A stretch of DNA of 64,000 bases from NCBI GenBank assembly GCA_002633005.1, contig NMRA01000614.1, positions 158,089 through 222,088 of the forward strand. The letters are read 5' to 3'. The first letter of the stretch is position 1; every line of letters begins with the position of its first letter. A program made the position numbers and the translations under genes. A model generated the notes under the pieces. The model saw only the letters and a program-made list of their open reading frames with translations. It had not been told where the DNA came from and did no database searches. The stretch comes from Phoronis australis. Taxonomy: Eukaryota > Animalia > Phoronida. Positions 63,459 to 64,000 of the stretch are shown here, one piece after another.

Positions 63459-64000
63459 GGGCTGTTCCAGCAAAATATGTGTGGGAGGGGGGGAAGGCAA
63501 CTCAAATTAAAATTTATGGGTGGTTGCGTTTGACTTAAATTCAAAATGGCTGGTGGTCGTACTTCAAAAAAATTAAAATTTACAGGTCGTTGTTGTTTCA
63601 TTGGGCCATAAATGTTTGATGGTGGGTAATTTTAGTAAATTTTATAAACAATCTGCACAGAGTCAAAAACTGAAACTAAAATGCAACTTGCAAAGAGCTC
63701 CAACTTTTTCACTCCCTCCGATCTCCTCATCGGCATGCCCATAACACCATTTAACTACAGGTGCTCGAATTTCTCGATGGCTAATAACCATATATAAGAA
63801 ACATATGTTTTCTTAGTAATGAATGACGTTAGTGGTGATGGAGGAACAGATAAACTCAAGCGCCTGTGCAGTCAACCACAAGAACAAAAAAAAATTACGG
63901 GTGGTTGCATTTCAAACTTATAAAAAATTACGGGCGGTAGGCTGAAGAAATAAATGAAAAATATGGGTGGTGGGTGCGAAAAAAAGGTGCCTTCCCCCCC
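63459..64000 (-). mobile_element. Inverted, uninterrupted copy of the same Harbinger-like MITE (runs off the window end)
   Basis: Reverse complement of 62743-63234 joined to 61830-61880. Confidence 0.85.

Overview
Intron-rich, AT-rich animal genomic DNA (probably an invertebrate; the species cannot be determined from the sequence) with one assembly gap at 23099-23866. Three spliced genes can be rebuilt by hand from GT-AG sites with consistent phases. (1) An Erg-subfamily (KCNH2/6/7-like) voltage-gated K+ channel on + (10 firm exons 4327-21152 plus a candidate exon at 953-1060; the 5' end probably lies upstream). It carries substitutions at hERG inactivation and drug-binding positions. (2) A 12-exon, 602-aa gene on - (38578-25544), largely missed by the ORF track. 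It encodes a DNA-polymerase-beta-superfamily nucleotidyltransferase resembling the mainly prokaryotic/phage RlaP (Nuc-transf/YcgL) family, built from two tandem copies of the domain: a degenerate N-terminal copy and an intact C-terminal copy (GSFLYNLSTPESDVD). This is the most unusual item in the window. (3) The first 11 coding exons of Son of sevenless (histone-fold, DH, PH) on + from 42430, head-to-head with gene 2 and continuing past the window end. Introns hold a 5'-truncated Penelope-like element (GIY-YIG) followed by a degenerate hammerhead-like motif, tRNA-derived SINE-like heads, several MITE families with readable target-site duplications (some nested) and minisatellites. Family assignments come from recognised motifs, not database searches.
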